Counted from the stretch's first letter, positions 1-11,209 are shown. The stretch is 32,000 nucleotides of DNA from Candidatus Heimdallarchaeota archaeon (GCA_030668875.1 DAOVER010000007.1:59645-91644); one strand, 5' to 3'. Notes: generated by a model from the letters alone, not told the origin. Translations and numbers: made by a program.

Positions 1-285
1 TATACCTTTACGATAGAGGTGAGCATAAGATCTCGCTTTTCCTTCTAAATCAGTCGTATAAGTTAGAAAACCATCAAATGTGTGACTGGTTTCAATGCCA
101 ATAGCCTTTATTGGAAGTAGATATTTGGGATTTCTTTCTATAATTTCAATATCGTAATTAGGATCTATAGCAGACCTACCCTCTGCCATTAGGTGTAGAA
201 TGATTTTCGCACCAGGAAGGAATCTTGTTGGAGTACGATTGTTTTGTAATTCTTTTACTCTATCATTACGAAATATACTGCTCAC
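1..285 (-). CDS. Hypothetical protein, 5' part only (runs off the left edge); not in the ORF track
   Basis: Hand translation of the minus strand from GTG at 285 gives 95 open codons to position 1 (MSSIFRNDRVKELQNNRTPTRFLPGAKIILHLMAEGRSAIDPNY...YAHLYRKGI). A GAAGGA purine tract lies just upstream. No family recognised. Confidence 0.7.
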   Translation of the reverse strand, partial: MSSIFRNDRVKELQNNRTPTRFLPGAKIILHLMAEGRSAIDPNYDIEIIERNPKYLLPIKAIGIETSHTFDGFLTYTTDLEGKARSYAHLYRKGI

Positions 286-489
286 AAAATTCAATCCTTC
301 TGTGCTTTTTTAAATATTTTTTTGTAACTAATTTTCTATAATATTACAGATGATGAAGTACTATATTACATTAGTGGAGTTGGGATGTTTGATAGAAAAA
401 TAAACTGAACTATATTTAGTAATTTCGAATAGATTTCCAATAGTCTTATCTTCAATTTAACACTTAGTAAAAAAAAAGTGAGAAGATAA

Positions 490-1446
490 TTATTTCAATT
501 TCTCTTTTAGGATTGGAAGGATAACATGCATATCACCAATGATGGCATAATCTGCATAATTGATGATAGGCGCCCCTTCATCTGTGTTTATGACAATTAG
601 TGTTTTTGCCTTAACACCAGACATGTGTTGAGGAGCACCTGAAATACCAGCAGCTATATACAAATCAGGAGATATTGACTGCCCAGTTTGTCCAATTTCA
701 TAAGTCTCTTCAACCCAATGAACGTCAGTGCAAGCTCTTGTAGCTCCTATTTGACCACCAAGTAAATCTGCTAATTCGCGAATAATCTGGAAGTTTTCTT
801 TACCAGCAACTCCACGACCTGCAGCAACAATTACTTTAGCATCTTTAAGATTGACAGTTCTCTCTGCTTTCTTTATTTCAATGTGTTTGACTAATTTGTC
901 TGCATCTTCAAAAGTAACTGAGACACTTGTGATTTCTGGGTTAGCACCCGAAGGATTTTCATCTATGAAAAAAGCACCAGGTCTAGATGTTGCAAAAATA
1001 ATGTCTCCTACAACCTGTGTAACTCTCATTGCTTGATCATCTCTAACGGGAGTGTGGAAATGTAAACTATCCCCTTCGATTGTGAGATCAACTATTCTCT
1101 GTGCACAAGAACTAGCATTTCTTACAGCTAATCTGGGAATCAAGTCTTCTCCATAAACTGTTCCAGCTGCAACTACAAACCTTGGATTAATTTGGTTGAT
1201 TATTTCCATCATAGCTCTTGTATATGTAGCGCTGAGATAAAATTCTAATTCAGGAGCATCAACAGTTACAACTTGTTGTACACCATGTAATCCTAACTCT
1301 TGAATCCATTCATCTTTCAAGTCTTTTCCAAGAAATGCACCAATTATTTTAGCTCCATCGATGGATGTTTTGATTTTGTTCAAAATTCCAAGAGTGTTTT
1401 CTTCGATTTTACCGTCTCTTATTTGAATAAATACTAATGTCTTCAT
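490..1446 (-). CDS. etfA: Electron transfer flavoprotein subunit alpha
   Basis: C-terminal FAD domain motifs AAGRGV, GATRACTD, IGQTG, YIAAGISGAPQHMSG and INTD-x2-API; adjacent to etfB. Confidence 0.95.
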   Translation of the reverse strand: MKTLVFIQIRDGKIEENTLGILNKIKTSIDGAKIIGAFLGKDLKDEWIQELGLHGVQQVVTVDAPELEFYLSATYTRAMMEIINQINPRFVVAAGTVYGEDLIPRLAVRNASSCAQRIVDLTIEGDSLHFHTPVRDDQAMRVTQVVGDIIFATSRPGAFFIDENPSGANPEITSVSVTFEDADKLVKHIEIKKAERTVNLKDAKVIVAAGRGVAGKENFQIIRELADLLGGQIGATRACTDVHWVEETYEIGQTGQSISPDLYIAAGISGAPQHMSGVKAKTLIVINTDEGAPIINYADYAIIGDMHVILPILKEKLK

Positions 1447-1450
1447 TTTA

Positions 1451-2251
1451 TCACGCTCCTAGTTTAACCTCATCTTCCTTCAGTTTCGCAAGAAGTTTGT
1501 CAACCATTTCTTCAGGTTCTCCTTCTTTAATGAGGAAGGTTTCTTTCTCAATAACAATGTTCGAAAGGGATATTTGCTTCAAGGAAGCAGCATCAGCACT
1601 AATCTCGCTGATTTCTAAGCCCAAATCAGTAGCTGACCAAATAGGAATTACAGCTTTCTTTGCAGCAAGAATACCTCTCATTGTTGTATAGCGAGGAATA
1701 AAATATTGACTGTCACTACAACTGATTAAAGCTTTCTGTGGGATTGCGACAACCTTCTTTCCACCTTCTAGAACATGTCCTACTTTAAAACCTTGATTTA
1801 TTGTTTCCATTTCTTCAGCGCATAAGACACTAGGAATATTCAACATTTCAGCTAGCATTGCTGGAGCAGCATAAGAGCTAGAAGATTGTTCTTCAACTCC
1901 GAGTAGAATTAAATCATACTCACCAATTTTATCTAATGCTTTAGCATAAATTTTTGCTAATAGATAAGGATCATCTGTGTAAAAAGCTTCATCAGTTATT
2001 TCTATTGCATTTGTGCAACCCATAGCAACTGCTTCTTTGAGAGCTTTGTTAGGCTTATTCCCTCTCACACAGACAGCTGTAACCTCAGCTCCTTGACTGT
2101 CTTTGAGTTTCAAGGCTCCTTCAATTGCATTTTTACCTGTTGGGTTGATCACTAAATCATCAACACTTACTCGTGAAGCATCAAAGTAATCTACACCCTG
2201 TAATTTTACTTGTGTGCTCACGATTTGTTGTATAAAAACAACGATTTTCAT
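1451..2251 (-). CDS. etfB: Electron transfer flavoprotein subunit beta (nucleotide-binding loop atypical)
   Basis: MKIVVFIQQI start, INP...AIEGALKLK, EAVAMG, PAMLAEML, PRYTTMRGILAAKK; 4 bp upstream of etfA on the same strand. Confidence 0.92.
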   Translation of the reverse strand: MKIVVFIQQIVSTQVKLQGVDYFDASRVSVDDLVINPTGKNAIEGALKLKDSQGAEVTAVCVRGNKPNKALKEAVAMGCTNAIEITDEAFYTDDPYLLAKIYAKALDKIGEYDLILLGVEEQSSSSYAAPAMLAEMLNIPSVLCAEEMETINQGFKVGHVLEGGKKVVAIPQKALISCSDSQYFIPRYTTMRGILAAKKAVIPIWSATDLGLEISEISADAASLKQISLSNIVIEKETFLIKEGEPEEMVDKLLAKLKEDEVKLGA

Positions 2252-2381
2252 ATTACTCAGAGTGTCTGAAGTTGCGTGTTAAATAAACATTACGTCTTTT
2301 CAAAAAATTTGTTGTGAGAAAACAGAAGAATTAAGAGGAAAAATATTAAAAGTAGAATAACTTACACTCAGTGGTATAGAA

Positions 2382-3440
2382 ATGAATATTGACAAAGAAA
2401 GCGTAATTCAAACACAAATGGAATTAAGCAACTTAATTGGTGTTCCAGGTCATGAGGATGAAGTAGCAGAATATTTGCTAATGAAACTAGAGCATCTAAA
2501 TGTAGATAAAGCGTGGATTGATCCTTTGGGGAATGTTCTAGCTATAAAGGAAGGTACAGACCCAAACGGTTTAAGGATATTACTTGACGCACATATTGAT
2601 GAAGTAGGTTTTATGATAAGTCATATTGGTGATAAGGGTTTTATCACCATTGAAACTCTAGGTGGGATTGATAAAAGATTGATGCTAGGAGCATTAATAC
2701 ACTTCCAGACTGAAAGTAAAGAAAGAATAATTGGTGTAGTTGGAGCATCCCCACCACATGTTACTAAGCCTGAAGATAGAGAAAAGATACCAGATATAAA
2801 CCAAATGTTTGTGGATATCGGATGTAGTTCATACAATGAAGTTAGACAAAAAGGTCTAGATATTGGATCAGTTGGTACCTTCTATACAGAATGCAAAAAA
2901 CTCAATGATGATACTCTATTAGGTAAAGCATTTGATGATAGAACTGCATGCAATGTCATCTTACACACACTAGAGAAATTGAAAGATGAACCAATAAAGA
3001 ATACAATCTTAGTTAACTTTGCTGTTCAAGAAGAAGTTGGAGGTAGAGGTGCTAGAGTTGGTACTTATTCTTTAGAACCTAGCATAGCACTAGCACTTGA
3101 AAATACCATTGCCAGTGATGTTCCTGGAGTCCCTCCACAGAAAATCGTTACCAAAATTGGTGGTGGACCAGCAGTTACAGCAGCAGATAGAACTCTAATA
3201 GTTCCTAAAAAAATACTTGACAGGATAAAGAAAGCTGCAGAAGAACTAGATATTAGTTGGCAATATAAAAAACCAACATATGGTGGTACTGATGCAGGAG
3301 CGATATCTGTAAGTAAATCAGGCGTTCCATCTGGAGTTATTTCTGTGCCATGCCGTTATATCCATTCAAATGCTGGTTTATTAAAAGTGGACGATATACT
3401 AAAGACTATTGAACTTGTAACAAAATTCCTAAAATTGTGA
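2382..3440 (+). CDS. M42 family metallopeptidase (TET/FrvX-like aminopeptidase)
   Basis: DAHIDEVG, GKAFDDR, QEEVGGRGA, GGTDAG and VPCRYIHS motifs. Confidence 0.93.
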   Translation: MNIDKESVIQTQMELSNLIGVPGHEDEVAEYLLMKLEHLNVDKAWIDPLGNVLAIKEGTDPNGLRILLDAHIDEVGFMISHIGDKGFITIETLGGIDKRLMLGALIHFQTESKERIIGVVGASPPHVTKPEDREKIPDINQMFVDIGCSSYNEVRQKGLDIGSVGTFYTECKKLNDDTLLGKAFDDRTACNVILHTLEKLKDEPIKNTILVNFAVQEEVGGRGARVGTYSLEPSIALALENTIASDVPGVPPQKIVTKIGGGPAVTAADRTLIVPKKILDRIKKAAEELDISWQYKKPTYGGTDAGAISVSKSGVPSGVISVPCRYIHSNAGLLKVDDILKTIELVTKFLKL

Positions 3441-3445
3441 AAAGT

Positions 3446-4021
3446 TTAATCTTCTTTGTATTTTTCTTCAAATTCATGTTCCAAAATATCCATTATTATG
3501 CAATCATGATACTTTCCTTGCATGAAAAAGCATTCTCTTTTCCTACCAACTTCTTTCCAACCTAGCTTCTTGTAAACATGATATGCTCTTTCGTTGTAAG
3601 AGACTACTCCTAATTCAATTCGATGAAGATTAAGAACTCTAAATCCGAATTTCATTAAGCAAATCATGGCATCTGTACCGTAGCCTTTATTAAAATTACC
3701 CGAGTTATGAATGCCAATACCTAATTCAGCAGTTCTAGACGTATGTGAAAATTCTCCAATTCCACAAGTTCCTAAATATTCTTTGGTATCTTTATGCTCA
3801 ATAACAAAATTATATTCTGTTCCCTTACTGTAGTTTTCAATTGACTTTTTAATCCAGTCTTCTTCTTGCTTGCTTGAAACTGGGGTGATATTTCCTAATC
3901 CCAAACGAGGTTCATACATGTTAAAGTATTTCATTATTTTTTCTAAATCAGTGATTTCAATTGCTCGTAATATAACCTTTTCACCAATAAAGGGAGACTT
4001 AATGCTATAAACATCTACCAT
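3446..4021 (-). CDS. GNAT family N-acetyltransferase (RimJ/RimL-like)
   Basis: VILRAIE, AELGIGI, NKGYGTDAM, LNLHRIELGV-x2-YNERAYHVYKKLGW-x2-VGR. Confidence 0.93.
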   Translation of the reverse strand: MVDVYSIKSPFIGEKVILRAIEITDLEKIMKYFNMYEPRLGLGNITPVSSKQEEDWIKKSIENYSKGTEYNFVIEHKDTKEYLGTCGIGEFSHTSRTAELGIGIHNSGNFNKGYGTDAMICLMKFGFRVLNLHRIELGVVSYNERAYHVYKKLGWKEVGRKRECFFMQGKYHDCIIMDILEHEFEEKYKED

Positions 4022-4168
4022 AAGAATTGTTTCATCTAATATTTTAATAATGTTTTGTTGTCAAGTATCCTATAGTCTTTTATGGATTATCGATTAACTG
4101 AAAAATACCCTTTATATACCCGAATTTGGTGAGAATAGATAAGCAGAGATTAAGCGACCAGGATAAAT

Positions 4169-7100
4169 ATGAGCTACATCAACAATATTTTGCGAAAAAC
4201 ATTCAGGAGAAGAATAGGAAAAAATGTAGGAACTTTAGTAGCTATCGCTCTTGGTGTCTCCTTAATGGTTGGAGTCCAAATAACAATAACAAGTTTTTCA
4301 ACAACAGCTTTAGATTTCTTTGTAGAAGCTATCGGTGAAAATGATATAATAATCAGTGGATTAGGATTTCCTATAACTGATTATGAGTCGATTATTGAAC
4401 AAATTGATAATTCGACAATTGAGTATGCAGCGATTAACGTACGCATTACGCAAGATGTGGCAGCATATAATCTTGAATCAGGTATTCTAGAAAAAGGTGT
4501 TAGTTTTACGGGGGTTGAGTTAAATGAAGATTCTGTATTCGGGAAGTTTTATGATGAAAATAAAACAGAAATTAATAGACTTCAATTAATGAACGTTTTC
4601 GAAAATGAATCCCATGTTCTTGTTGGTTACAGTCTGAAAGATGAGCTGAATGTAACTGTCGGATCTGATATCAAGATTCGTATTGGTGAATTTGATGGAA
4701 TGAAATTTAATTATATTACCCATGATTTGAAAGTTGCTGGTTTTCTCGGTGATGAAGGGAAAGGGAAAGAATTCGGTGGATGGGCTATTTGGACGAGTAT
4801 AGATAATATTAGAACAATCATTGGTTATACTCAAGATGTTTGTACAGAAATAAATATAGCTCTAAGTTCAAATCATAAGGAAAATCCCATTGACAGCGAG
4901 TATGCAACGCAGGTTGAAGACGAGCTTAAAATACTATTGGACGCTGAAAATTCAGGTTTGTTGATTATCGCTTTTCGCGCATTACTTCTAGATACTGCAG
5001 ATGAAATATTATCAAGTGTCTTAATAGCTTTCAACCTTTTTGGTGCTCTAATAATCTTTTCAGGTATTTTACTTCTTGTAAATATTCAATTGATTCAAGT
5101 TGAAGATAGGATACAGCAACTTGGAATTTTAAGAGCTATCGGTTCTAAACGAAGAGACATTGTTAAATTATTTCTAGTCGAATCAACTATTTTGGGTATA
5201 TTTGGATCATTTCTTGGCGTAGCTGGAGGGTACGGAATGTCTGTTTTTCTAGTGGATAGAATAGGCAAAACATTCTTTGATTCCTCAATAGGATTACAAC
5301 CTATAGTAACAGGAGGAGCAATAATATATTCCATCGCTCTTGGATTGATACTTTCTGTAGGTGCAGGTATACTCCCAGCAATTCGAGCTGCTAGAGTTGA
5401 TGTAATTGAAGTTATTAGAGGTATTAAGAAAACTACAAGGAAAAGATCAGGTAATGTTACACTGGGTTTAGGGCTAGCGTTCGTAATGTCGGGAATAACA
5501 ATTTTCGCAGCTCAAAATGTTGTTTATGATTCTTTCTTTACCACAGTTGGATGGGATACTGCTGTAGAACAATGGATGTTTATAGGTGGAACAATTGGAT
5601 TATTTATAGGTGTAAGTCTCTTGATGGGTTACCTCATTTCTAAAAAAGTTATGGGAAATGGGATTGGGTTGACATTTATTGGAACAGCAGTATTAATGCT
5701 CATATTCTCCCTACCACAACTTAAAGATGCAGCTGAGAATAGTAAGATATTAGCTACATTAGCTGTTGTTTTGGCTCTGGGTTCAATAATTTGGGTAGGA
5801 GTTAACCTAAAAACTGTTACCAATTTCATTAGAGGAGTAATGTATAGAACTAAATTAAAGAAAGGAGTTTCTCTAATCTCGAGTAAGTATATGACCTCGA
5901 AATCAATGAGAAGCACACTCACTTTTGGTATCTTTGCACTTGTTCTTACCATGAACATCTTTGCTAGTATCTACCAATCCACTTATTCATATAACACTCT
6001 TGAATCTGTAGATTTCTTCAGTGGAGGCGCGTCAATTTTCTTAGAATTAGACACTCCAATTTCCAACGAAACCCTTGTAAACGTTGAGCGAGATCTTTAT
6101 GCTTTGGACGAATCGATAACAAATGTGAAAGGCATAAATTCAACTATAGCATTCATTCAAAGTGACCCAGAAGTAAGCGATTTACATATCCCGGCAGAAA
6201 TTTTTCCGACTTACGTACATATGATTTATAATGATACATTCAAAGATGGTGATGAGTATAAATTTGATTTTATGTTTGATCTCTCTTTGCCCTATTTCAC
6301 CGAAGATTACAGACCCGCAGCTCCTGAATCCTATCAGCAACTCTATAGTCACAACATATGGGATTTCTACTATAATAGAACTAAATTCACAAAAGATGGA
6401 GTAGCAATAGATAATGAGAATGGTTTACCAACTGTAATTTCCACTAGTCCAATGTTAGCGCCAGGAGATGTTTTCAATCTCACAGGTCTATTTACAAATC
6501 CAACAGAAGTAATTGTTATTGCATCAGTCAGACAATACCCATTCAGTCAAGCACAATCGTTACCCGCTCTATTAGTTACACCTGATTTTACAGGAAAACT
6601 AAGTTACAATTTCGCTTTATTCCCCAAACATACAAGATTTTTAATCAGTACTACTGAGGACTTTAGAGAAGGAAAAAACACAGAAATAGCCACGAAAATT
6701 GAAGAATTCTTCAACAGTAATACTTCTATCCTTGTTCAAAATGAGGATTTTGTTGCAGCATCAGCATATAATGTATGGGATGTTATGTTAGAACTAGTTG
6801 ATTTTCAAGTTAGAACCTTTGATTTCCTCCAATACTTTGTAAGTTTTGGTTTAGTTGTTGGTGCTCTTGGAATGATTATTATTGCAGTGAGAAACGTTTC
6901 AGAAAGAAGAAGAGAAATAGGAATGATGAGAGCAATAGGATATAAGAAACGACAAATAATCGGTTCGATCATGATCGAACTCCTCATTCTGGCCTTTTTA
7001 GGACTAATAATGGGTTTTCTAAATAGCGTTGTTTTAGGATTATCATTTGCGGTTGTGTATGATTGGTTACTAATTATACCTGCAACGAGGGTATTACTTT

Positions 7101-7201
7101 ATGCAGGTATAATGATGGGAATAGCGATTGTAGCTTCCATAATGCCTGGAATAAGAGCGAGTCAAATAACTCCAGCTGAAGCAATAAGATATGTAGGGTG
7201 A
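4169..7201 (+). CDS. MacB/FtsX/LolC-type (type VII) ABC transporter permease with two FtsX repeats
   Basis: Two copies of the E/D-R-x2-[QE]-[LI]-G-x-[LM]-RAIG motif; two large soluble domains each following a single TM helix; C-terminal PGIRASQITPAEAIRY. Confidence 0.92.
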   Translation: MSYINNILRKTFRRRIGKNVGTLVAIALGVSLMVGVQITITSFSTTALDFFVEAIGENDIIISGLGFPITDYESIIEQIDNSTIEYAAINVRITQDVAAYNLESGILEKGVSFTGVELNEDSVFGKFYDENKTEINRLQLMNVFENESHVLVGYSLKDELNVTVGSDIKIRIGEFDGMKFNYITHDLKVAGFLGDEGKGKEFGGWAIWTSIDNIRTIIGYTQDVCTEINIALSSNHKENPIDSEYATQVEDELKILLDAENSGLLIIAFRALLLDTADEILSSVLIAFNLFGALIIFSGILLLVNIQLIQVEDRIQQLGILRAIGSKRRDIVKLFLVESTILGIFGSFLGVAGGYGMSVFLVDRIGKTFFDSSIGLQPIVTGGAIIYSIALGLILSVGAGILPAIRAARVDVIEVIRGIKKTTRKRSGNVTLGLGLAFVMSGITIFAAQNVVYDSFFTTVGWDTAVEQWMFIGGTIGLFIGVSLLMGYLISKKVMGNGIGLTFIGTAVLMLIFSLPQLKDAAENSKILATLAVVLALGSIIWVGVNLKTVTNFIRGVMYRTKLKKGVSLISSKYMTSKSMRSTLTFGIFALVLTMNIFASIYQSTYSYNTLESVDFFSGGASIFLELDTPISNETLVNVERDLYALDESITNVKGINSTIAFIQSDPEVSDLHIPAEIFPTYVHMIYNDTFKDGDEYKFDFMFDLSLPYFTEDYRPAAPESYQQLYSHNIWDFYYNRTKFTKDGVAIDNENGLPTVISTSPMLAPGDVFNLTGLFTNPTEVIVIASVRQYPFSQAQSLPALLVTPDFTGKLSYNFALFPKHTRFLISTTEDFREGKNTEIATKIEEFFNSNTSILVQNEDFVAASAYNVWDVMLELVDFQVRTFDFLQYFVSFGLVVGALGMIIIAVRNVSERRREIGMMRAIGYKKRQIIGSIMIELLILAFLGLIMGFLNSVVLGLSFAVVYDWLLIIPATRVLLYAGIMMGIAIVASIMPGIRASQITPAEAIRYVG

Positions 7202-7205
7202 TAAG

Positions 7206-7907
7206 ATGAAAACTGAAATTATTCTCAAAACAGAAGACCTGCATAAGATATATGCTGAAGGCACTTCCATGGAAGTACATGCTTTACGAGGAGTAAATAT
7301 AGAAATCAAGAGAGGTGAGATGGTCGCAATTATGGGGCCATCAGGTTGTGGAAAAACTACATTGCTGAATCTTCTAGGAGGTATCGACCAACCAACCCGA
7401 GGTCAAATATTCATCAATGACCAAGACGTCAATCAACTAGCTGATACAGAGATAACTGAATTTAGGTTGCATAATATCGGTTACATCTTTCAGCTATTCA
7501 ATCTCTTCGAATTCTTATCTGCTCTTGAAAACACAGTGTTACCTTTGCTTCTAACAGATACAACTAGATTAGAAGCTGAAGAAGAAGCAAAAATGCTTTT
7601 ACGACAAATGGGATTGGGTGATAAAATTCATCATCTACCAAATGAGTTATCAGGTGGAGAACAGCAGAGAGTTGCAGTTTCCAGAGCTCTCTTGATGAAT
7701 CCTTCCATAGTCTTGGGTGATGAACCTACAGGTGATTTGGATCAAGAAACATCTACAGATATTATGAACCTCTTTGTTTCAATAAATGAAAACTACAAAC
7801 AAACATTTCTTGTCGTCACACATTCTGAACATATAGCTCAATTCTGTCATCGAATCATAAGGATAATTGATGGAGAAATAGTAGAAACTGGAAAGGAGGG
7901 ATTATGA
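7206..7907 (+). CDS. ABC transporter ATP-binding protein (LolD/MacB family)
   Basis: Walker A GPSGCGKTT, Q-loop GYIFQ, signature LSGGEQQR, Walker [10 protein letters not shown]-loop VTH. Confidence 0.96.
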   Translation: MKTEIILKTEDLHKIYAEGTSMEVHALRGVNIEIKRGEMVAIMGPSGCGKTTLLNLLGGIDQPTRGQIFINDQDVNQLADTEITEFRLHNIGYIFQLFNLFEFLSALENTVLPLLLTDTTRLEAEEEAKMLLRQMGLGDKIHHLPNELSGGEQQRVAVSRALLMNPSIVLGDEPTGDLDQETSTDIMNLFVSINENYKQTFLVVTHSEHIAQFCHRIIRIIDGEIVETGKEGL

Positions 7908-9769
7908 TGGTATATACACCAGTACAGAACGTTGATCCACAAGAATTCTATGTTGAACTAACCTTGGGTATTCTTATCAACAAACTAAATAGAGATTCTC
8001 TAGATGGTTTGATTAGAAAATTAAGAAAGTTTATCCTTCGTAAACTACACGCAATATCCTTTGAAGTTCTTGAAGTTAATACTTTTCTATTCTTCAGCTG
8101 TATTTTCCCATTATCAATTGTAGAACAACACGAACAGAGAAAAAGCGTAGTGAACAAAGTAGAGACATTAGTTCAAAATTATTGCTATAATGAATGCAAT
8201 CTATATTCAAAAACCATACAGAAGAATGTAGAAATTAACGATATTACCAAAATGATAGTTCATCTAGTTAAGAGCTCAGAAACACCTGACAAAGAGGCTC
8301 TGATAGAACATATCCAAAACCAAGCTGATTACATAGATGAAAGAGTTGTTGGACACGTTAGTGATGTTCTATTAAACAGCTTCATTGCAGTCTGGGATTT
8401 CCCTCAAGGATATGCAGATATTATTATGTTCCCAGACTTGATTCTTAAACGAGAGATAACAGATAAGAAACAGAATATACCGCTTAAATTAATTGCTGAA
8501 AACCTTCTGATTATGCAATTTGGTAAAGCTTGTTCACTCAATCTAAATTCCATTATAACGTCAAATGAGGAAGCATTATTATCAATAGGTACTATCCTTC
8601 AAGATTCAAAGAGAGTTCAAGCTATTGAAGATCAGATGAGTAATAAACTATGGAGAGTTCTTAGAGTAATCTTTGGTTTACTCTCATCTACTCAACAAGC
8701 AATTTCTATACTATTAAAACAACTAAAACGAATTTCAGAAGTAAGAGACGAGCTGTTTAAAGAAGTTCAACAATTGAATTACGTACCATTAATGGATTAT
8801 ATAATGTTATTAGATACAACAATGAATTGTGCAGAAAATATTTTGAGATTAAATAGTCTCCAAGATAATGTCAAGAAAAATTATCAATCATTGCTGAAAA
8901 TCATTAATAAGTTCAAAGATGTTCAAACCGAACAAATTGGTGATATCCATAATCTAGCTCTAGTTTTTATCCAAACACTTATCGAAGTTCAGTTGATGAA
9001 ATTCTTCTCCGACAAATTTAGGGATCTTGCATATTTCCAAACCATTCCTACAGAAGTAGCACTAGAAAAGATTGATAGTATGCCTATTGAACAAGATGTG
9101 ATTCTAAAAGGAGCAGTTCTGTTTAAGACATATATGCTATTGAATTCAACAGTTTACGCGCTTCGTGGGGTTGATATAGATATTAGAAAAGGAGAAATGG
9201 TAGCAATAGTAGGAGCATCGGGTAGTGGAAAAACTACCCTCTTGAATCTTCTTTCAGGGTTAGATACGCCAAATCGTGGTGCAGTATTTCTATTAGGAAG
9301 AAATATTGATACTATGACAGATGCAGAAATTTCAATGTTCAGAAGAAGACATATGGGTTTTATATTCCAGTACTACAATTTAATACCACAGTTAACGGTG
9401 CTTGAAAATGTTATGCTCCCTGCTTTAATGATTAATATCCCCAAAAAAGAAGCAAAGAAAAGAGCACTTGAGCTAATAAGAGATGTGGATCTCGAAAGGT
9501 TTCAAAATCAGTTCCCAATCAAGCTTTCAGGGGGACAGATGCAACGAGTCACGATTGCAAGGGCAATGATAAATGATCCGGCAGTACTTTTTGCTGATGA
9601 ACCAACAGGAGACCTTGATTCTCAAACAGGAAAAGTTGTGATTGATCTTATCAGAAGATTTTCAAAAGAGAAAAACACTTCAGTAATACTGGTGACTCAT
9701 GACATCGCTATGGCCAAAACATGTGATAGAATGATTCAAATAGGTGATGGGAGAGTTATATCAGATTAG
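7904..9769 (+). CDS. Second LolD-family ABC ATPase fused C-terminally to a ~390-aa unknown N-terminal domain
   Basis: The last ~225 aa carry [30 protein letters not shown] and VTH. The N-terminal part has no motif I recognise. Start overlaps the upstream stop (ATGA). Confidence 0.88.
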   Translation: MMVYTPVQNVDPQEFYVELTLGILINKLNRDSLDGLIRKLRKFILRKLHAISFEVLEVNTFLFFSCIFPLSIVEQHEQRKSVVNKVETLVQNYCYNECNLYSKTIQKNVEINDITKMIVHLVKSSETPDKEALIEHIQNQADYIDERVVGHVSDVLLNSFIAVWDFPQGYADIIMFPDLILKREITDKKQNIPLKLIAENLLIMQFGKACSLNLNSIITSNEEALLSIGTILQDSKRVQAIEDQMSNKLWRVLRVIFGLLSSTQQAISILLKQLKRISEVRDELFKEVQQLNYVPLMDYIMLLDTTMNCAENILRLNSLQDNVKKNYQSLLKIINKFKDVQTEQIGDIHNLALVFIQTLIEVQLMKFFSDKFRDLAYFQTIPTEVALEKIDSMPIEQDVILKGAVLFKTYMLLNSTVYALRGVDIDIRKGEMVAIVGASGSGKTTLLNLLSGLDTPNRGAVFLLGRNIDTMTDAEISMFRRRHMGFIFQYYNLIPQLTVLENVMLPALMINIPKKEAKKRALELIRDVDLERFQNQFPIKLSGGQMQRVTIARAMINDPAVLFADEPTGDLDSQTGKVVIDLIRRFSKEKNTSVILVTHDIAMAKTCDRMIQIGDGRVISD

Positions 9770-11121
9770 AGATTTATCCTCTCAATCTTCTTTATTTTTT
9801 TTACCCATCTCGCAAACTTTTCCGGTGTCTTTGGATATTTGTTTGAAACCTTCTTAATTTTTTCAGCTATCATTAGACCTCTTGCTAGTTTAAACAAGAG
9901 TTTCGGTTTACGCATTCCTTTCACTATTTTTTGGAATATGGGTAGCTTAACAGAAGTTGACCCCATAATCGCATCAACATCGCTTTGGGATATGATTCCT
10001 TTCTCAAACAGATAGGAGAAATCACTAAAAGGAACTGCATTCAGCAATTTATGAACTGCGATACCCAGTCCTCCATCATAACCATAAGCATTCCAAATTG
10101 TTACATTGTAATTCCATAATTCTTCTTCACTGTAATTCTCATGTCTAATTGCTAATTCTATTCTTTCAGCTGCATAAAATCCACTTAGTAATGCTGGACC
10201 GTGCCCTTCTCCGCTGATTGGATTAACTAAGGCTGCAGCATCTCCACAAGTAATGAAACCATCTGCTACCATGGAGTAAAGAGGTAATCTTCCTGGAAGT
10301 GTATCGCCTGCTGCATCTATTACTTTAACGTCAGGGAAGAATTTATTTCTCAATTCTTCAAGTACTTTTTTAGCACTAAAGTCTCTGTTTGAATCGTTAA
10401 TTAGCCACCCAACGCCAATATTCAATAACCTCTCACCTCTTGAAAAAATCCAGAAATATCCTGGAGGTGGAAGTTCATCATGGGTCTCTATTCTCATTTG
10501 TTTTTGAAACTCATGGGGCTTAGATGTTTCGATAATCTCTCTAAAGGAAACTATAATTTCTTTTTTTGGTAGTTTCTTTTGGAATTTGTCACATACTTCA
10601 TCTGGAATGTTTCTCCTAACAATCCCTGTAACACCAGAACAGTCAGCAACGATTTTTGCATAAATGTCAATCTTATCACCATTTTCTGTTCTTACTTTAC
10701 ACCCGATTATTTTATCTCTCTTGATTATAGTATCAACAACTTTGTGTTTAGGTTTAAATTCAATCCAAGGAAAATCTACTAAACTATCTAGAAGACGCTG
10801 TCCGTATTTCAATCTATCAATAGTTTGGGAAACAAAAGGAATCCACAATTCAAAATCAGGAACAGGTTTGAAATGAGCTGATTCTAAATCTTCTCCTATT
10901 TCATCTCCCTTTGGTTGCAGAATTCCTGATAACTCATATAATATTCTTGTACTATTAGGACTCAAAGCATCTCCACAAGGTTTGTAACCAACATCTGAGC
11001 GCTTTTTCTGATCCAACAAGATACAAGGAATATTTCGTTTTCCAAGATTTATAGCTAAACTTATACCTGCTGGGCCTGCACCAACAATCAGTACATCTGT
11101 TTCCAAATCAAGATTTAACAT
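9766..11121 (-). CDS. Geranylgeranyl reductase family FAD-dependent oxidoreductase
   Basis: DVLIVGAGPAG Rossmann motif, KPCGDAL, IDR-x2-YGQRL, YFWIF, CGDAAALVNPISGEGHGPAL. Confidence 0.92.
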   Translation of the reverse strand: MLNLDLETDVLIVGAGPAGISLAINLGKRNIPCILLDQKKRSDVGYKPCGDALSPNSTRILYELSGILQPKGDEIGEDLESAHFKPVPDFELWIPFVSQTIDRLKYGQRLLDSLVDFPWIEFKPKHKVVDTIIKRDKIIGCKVRTENGDKIDIYAKIVADCSGVTGIVRRNIPDEVCDKFQKKLPKKEIIVSFREIIETSKPHEFQKQMRIETHDELPPPGYFWIFSRGERLLNIGVGWLINDSNRDFSAKKVLEELRNKFFPDVKVIDAAGDTLPGRLPLYSMVADGFITCGDAAALVNPISGEGHGPALLSGFYAAERIELAIRHENYSEEELWNYNVTIWNAYGYDGGLGIAVHKLLNAVPFSDFSYLFEKGIISQSDVDAIMGSTSVKLPIFQKIVKGMRKPKLLFKLARGLMIAEKIKKVSNKYPKTPEKFARWVKKIKKIERINL

Positions 11122-11209
11122 TACGAGTCACCAAAATATAAACAAAGTAATAAGGTTTTCACTGAGAAAGAAATACTCTATCTTTAAATATGGTCTTTTT
11201 TCATAATCA

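Noticed and set aside
350-408. Possible C/D box sRNA (ATGATGA at 350 ... CTGA at 405)
   Set aside because: No recognisable D' or C' boxes, and the guide next to box D is an A-tract (TAGAAAAATAAA). Such motif pairs arise easily in AT-rich DNA.
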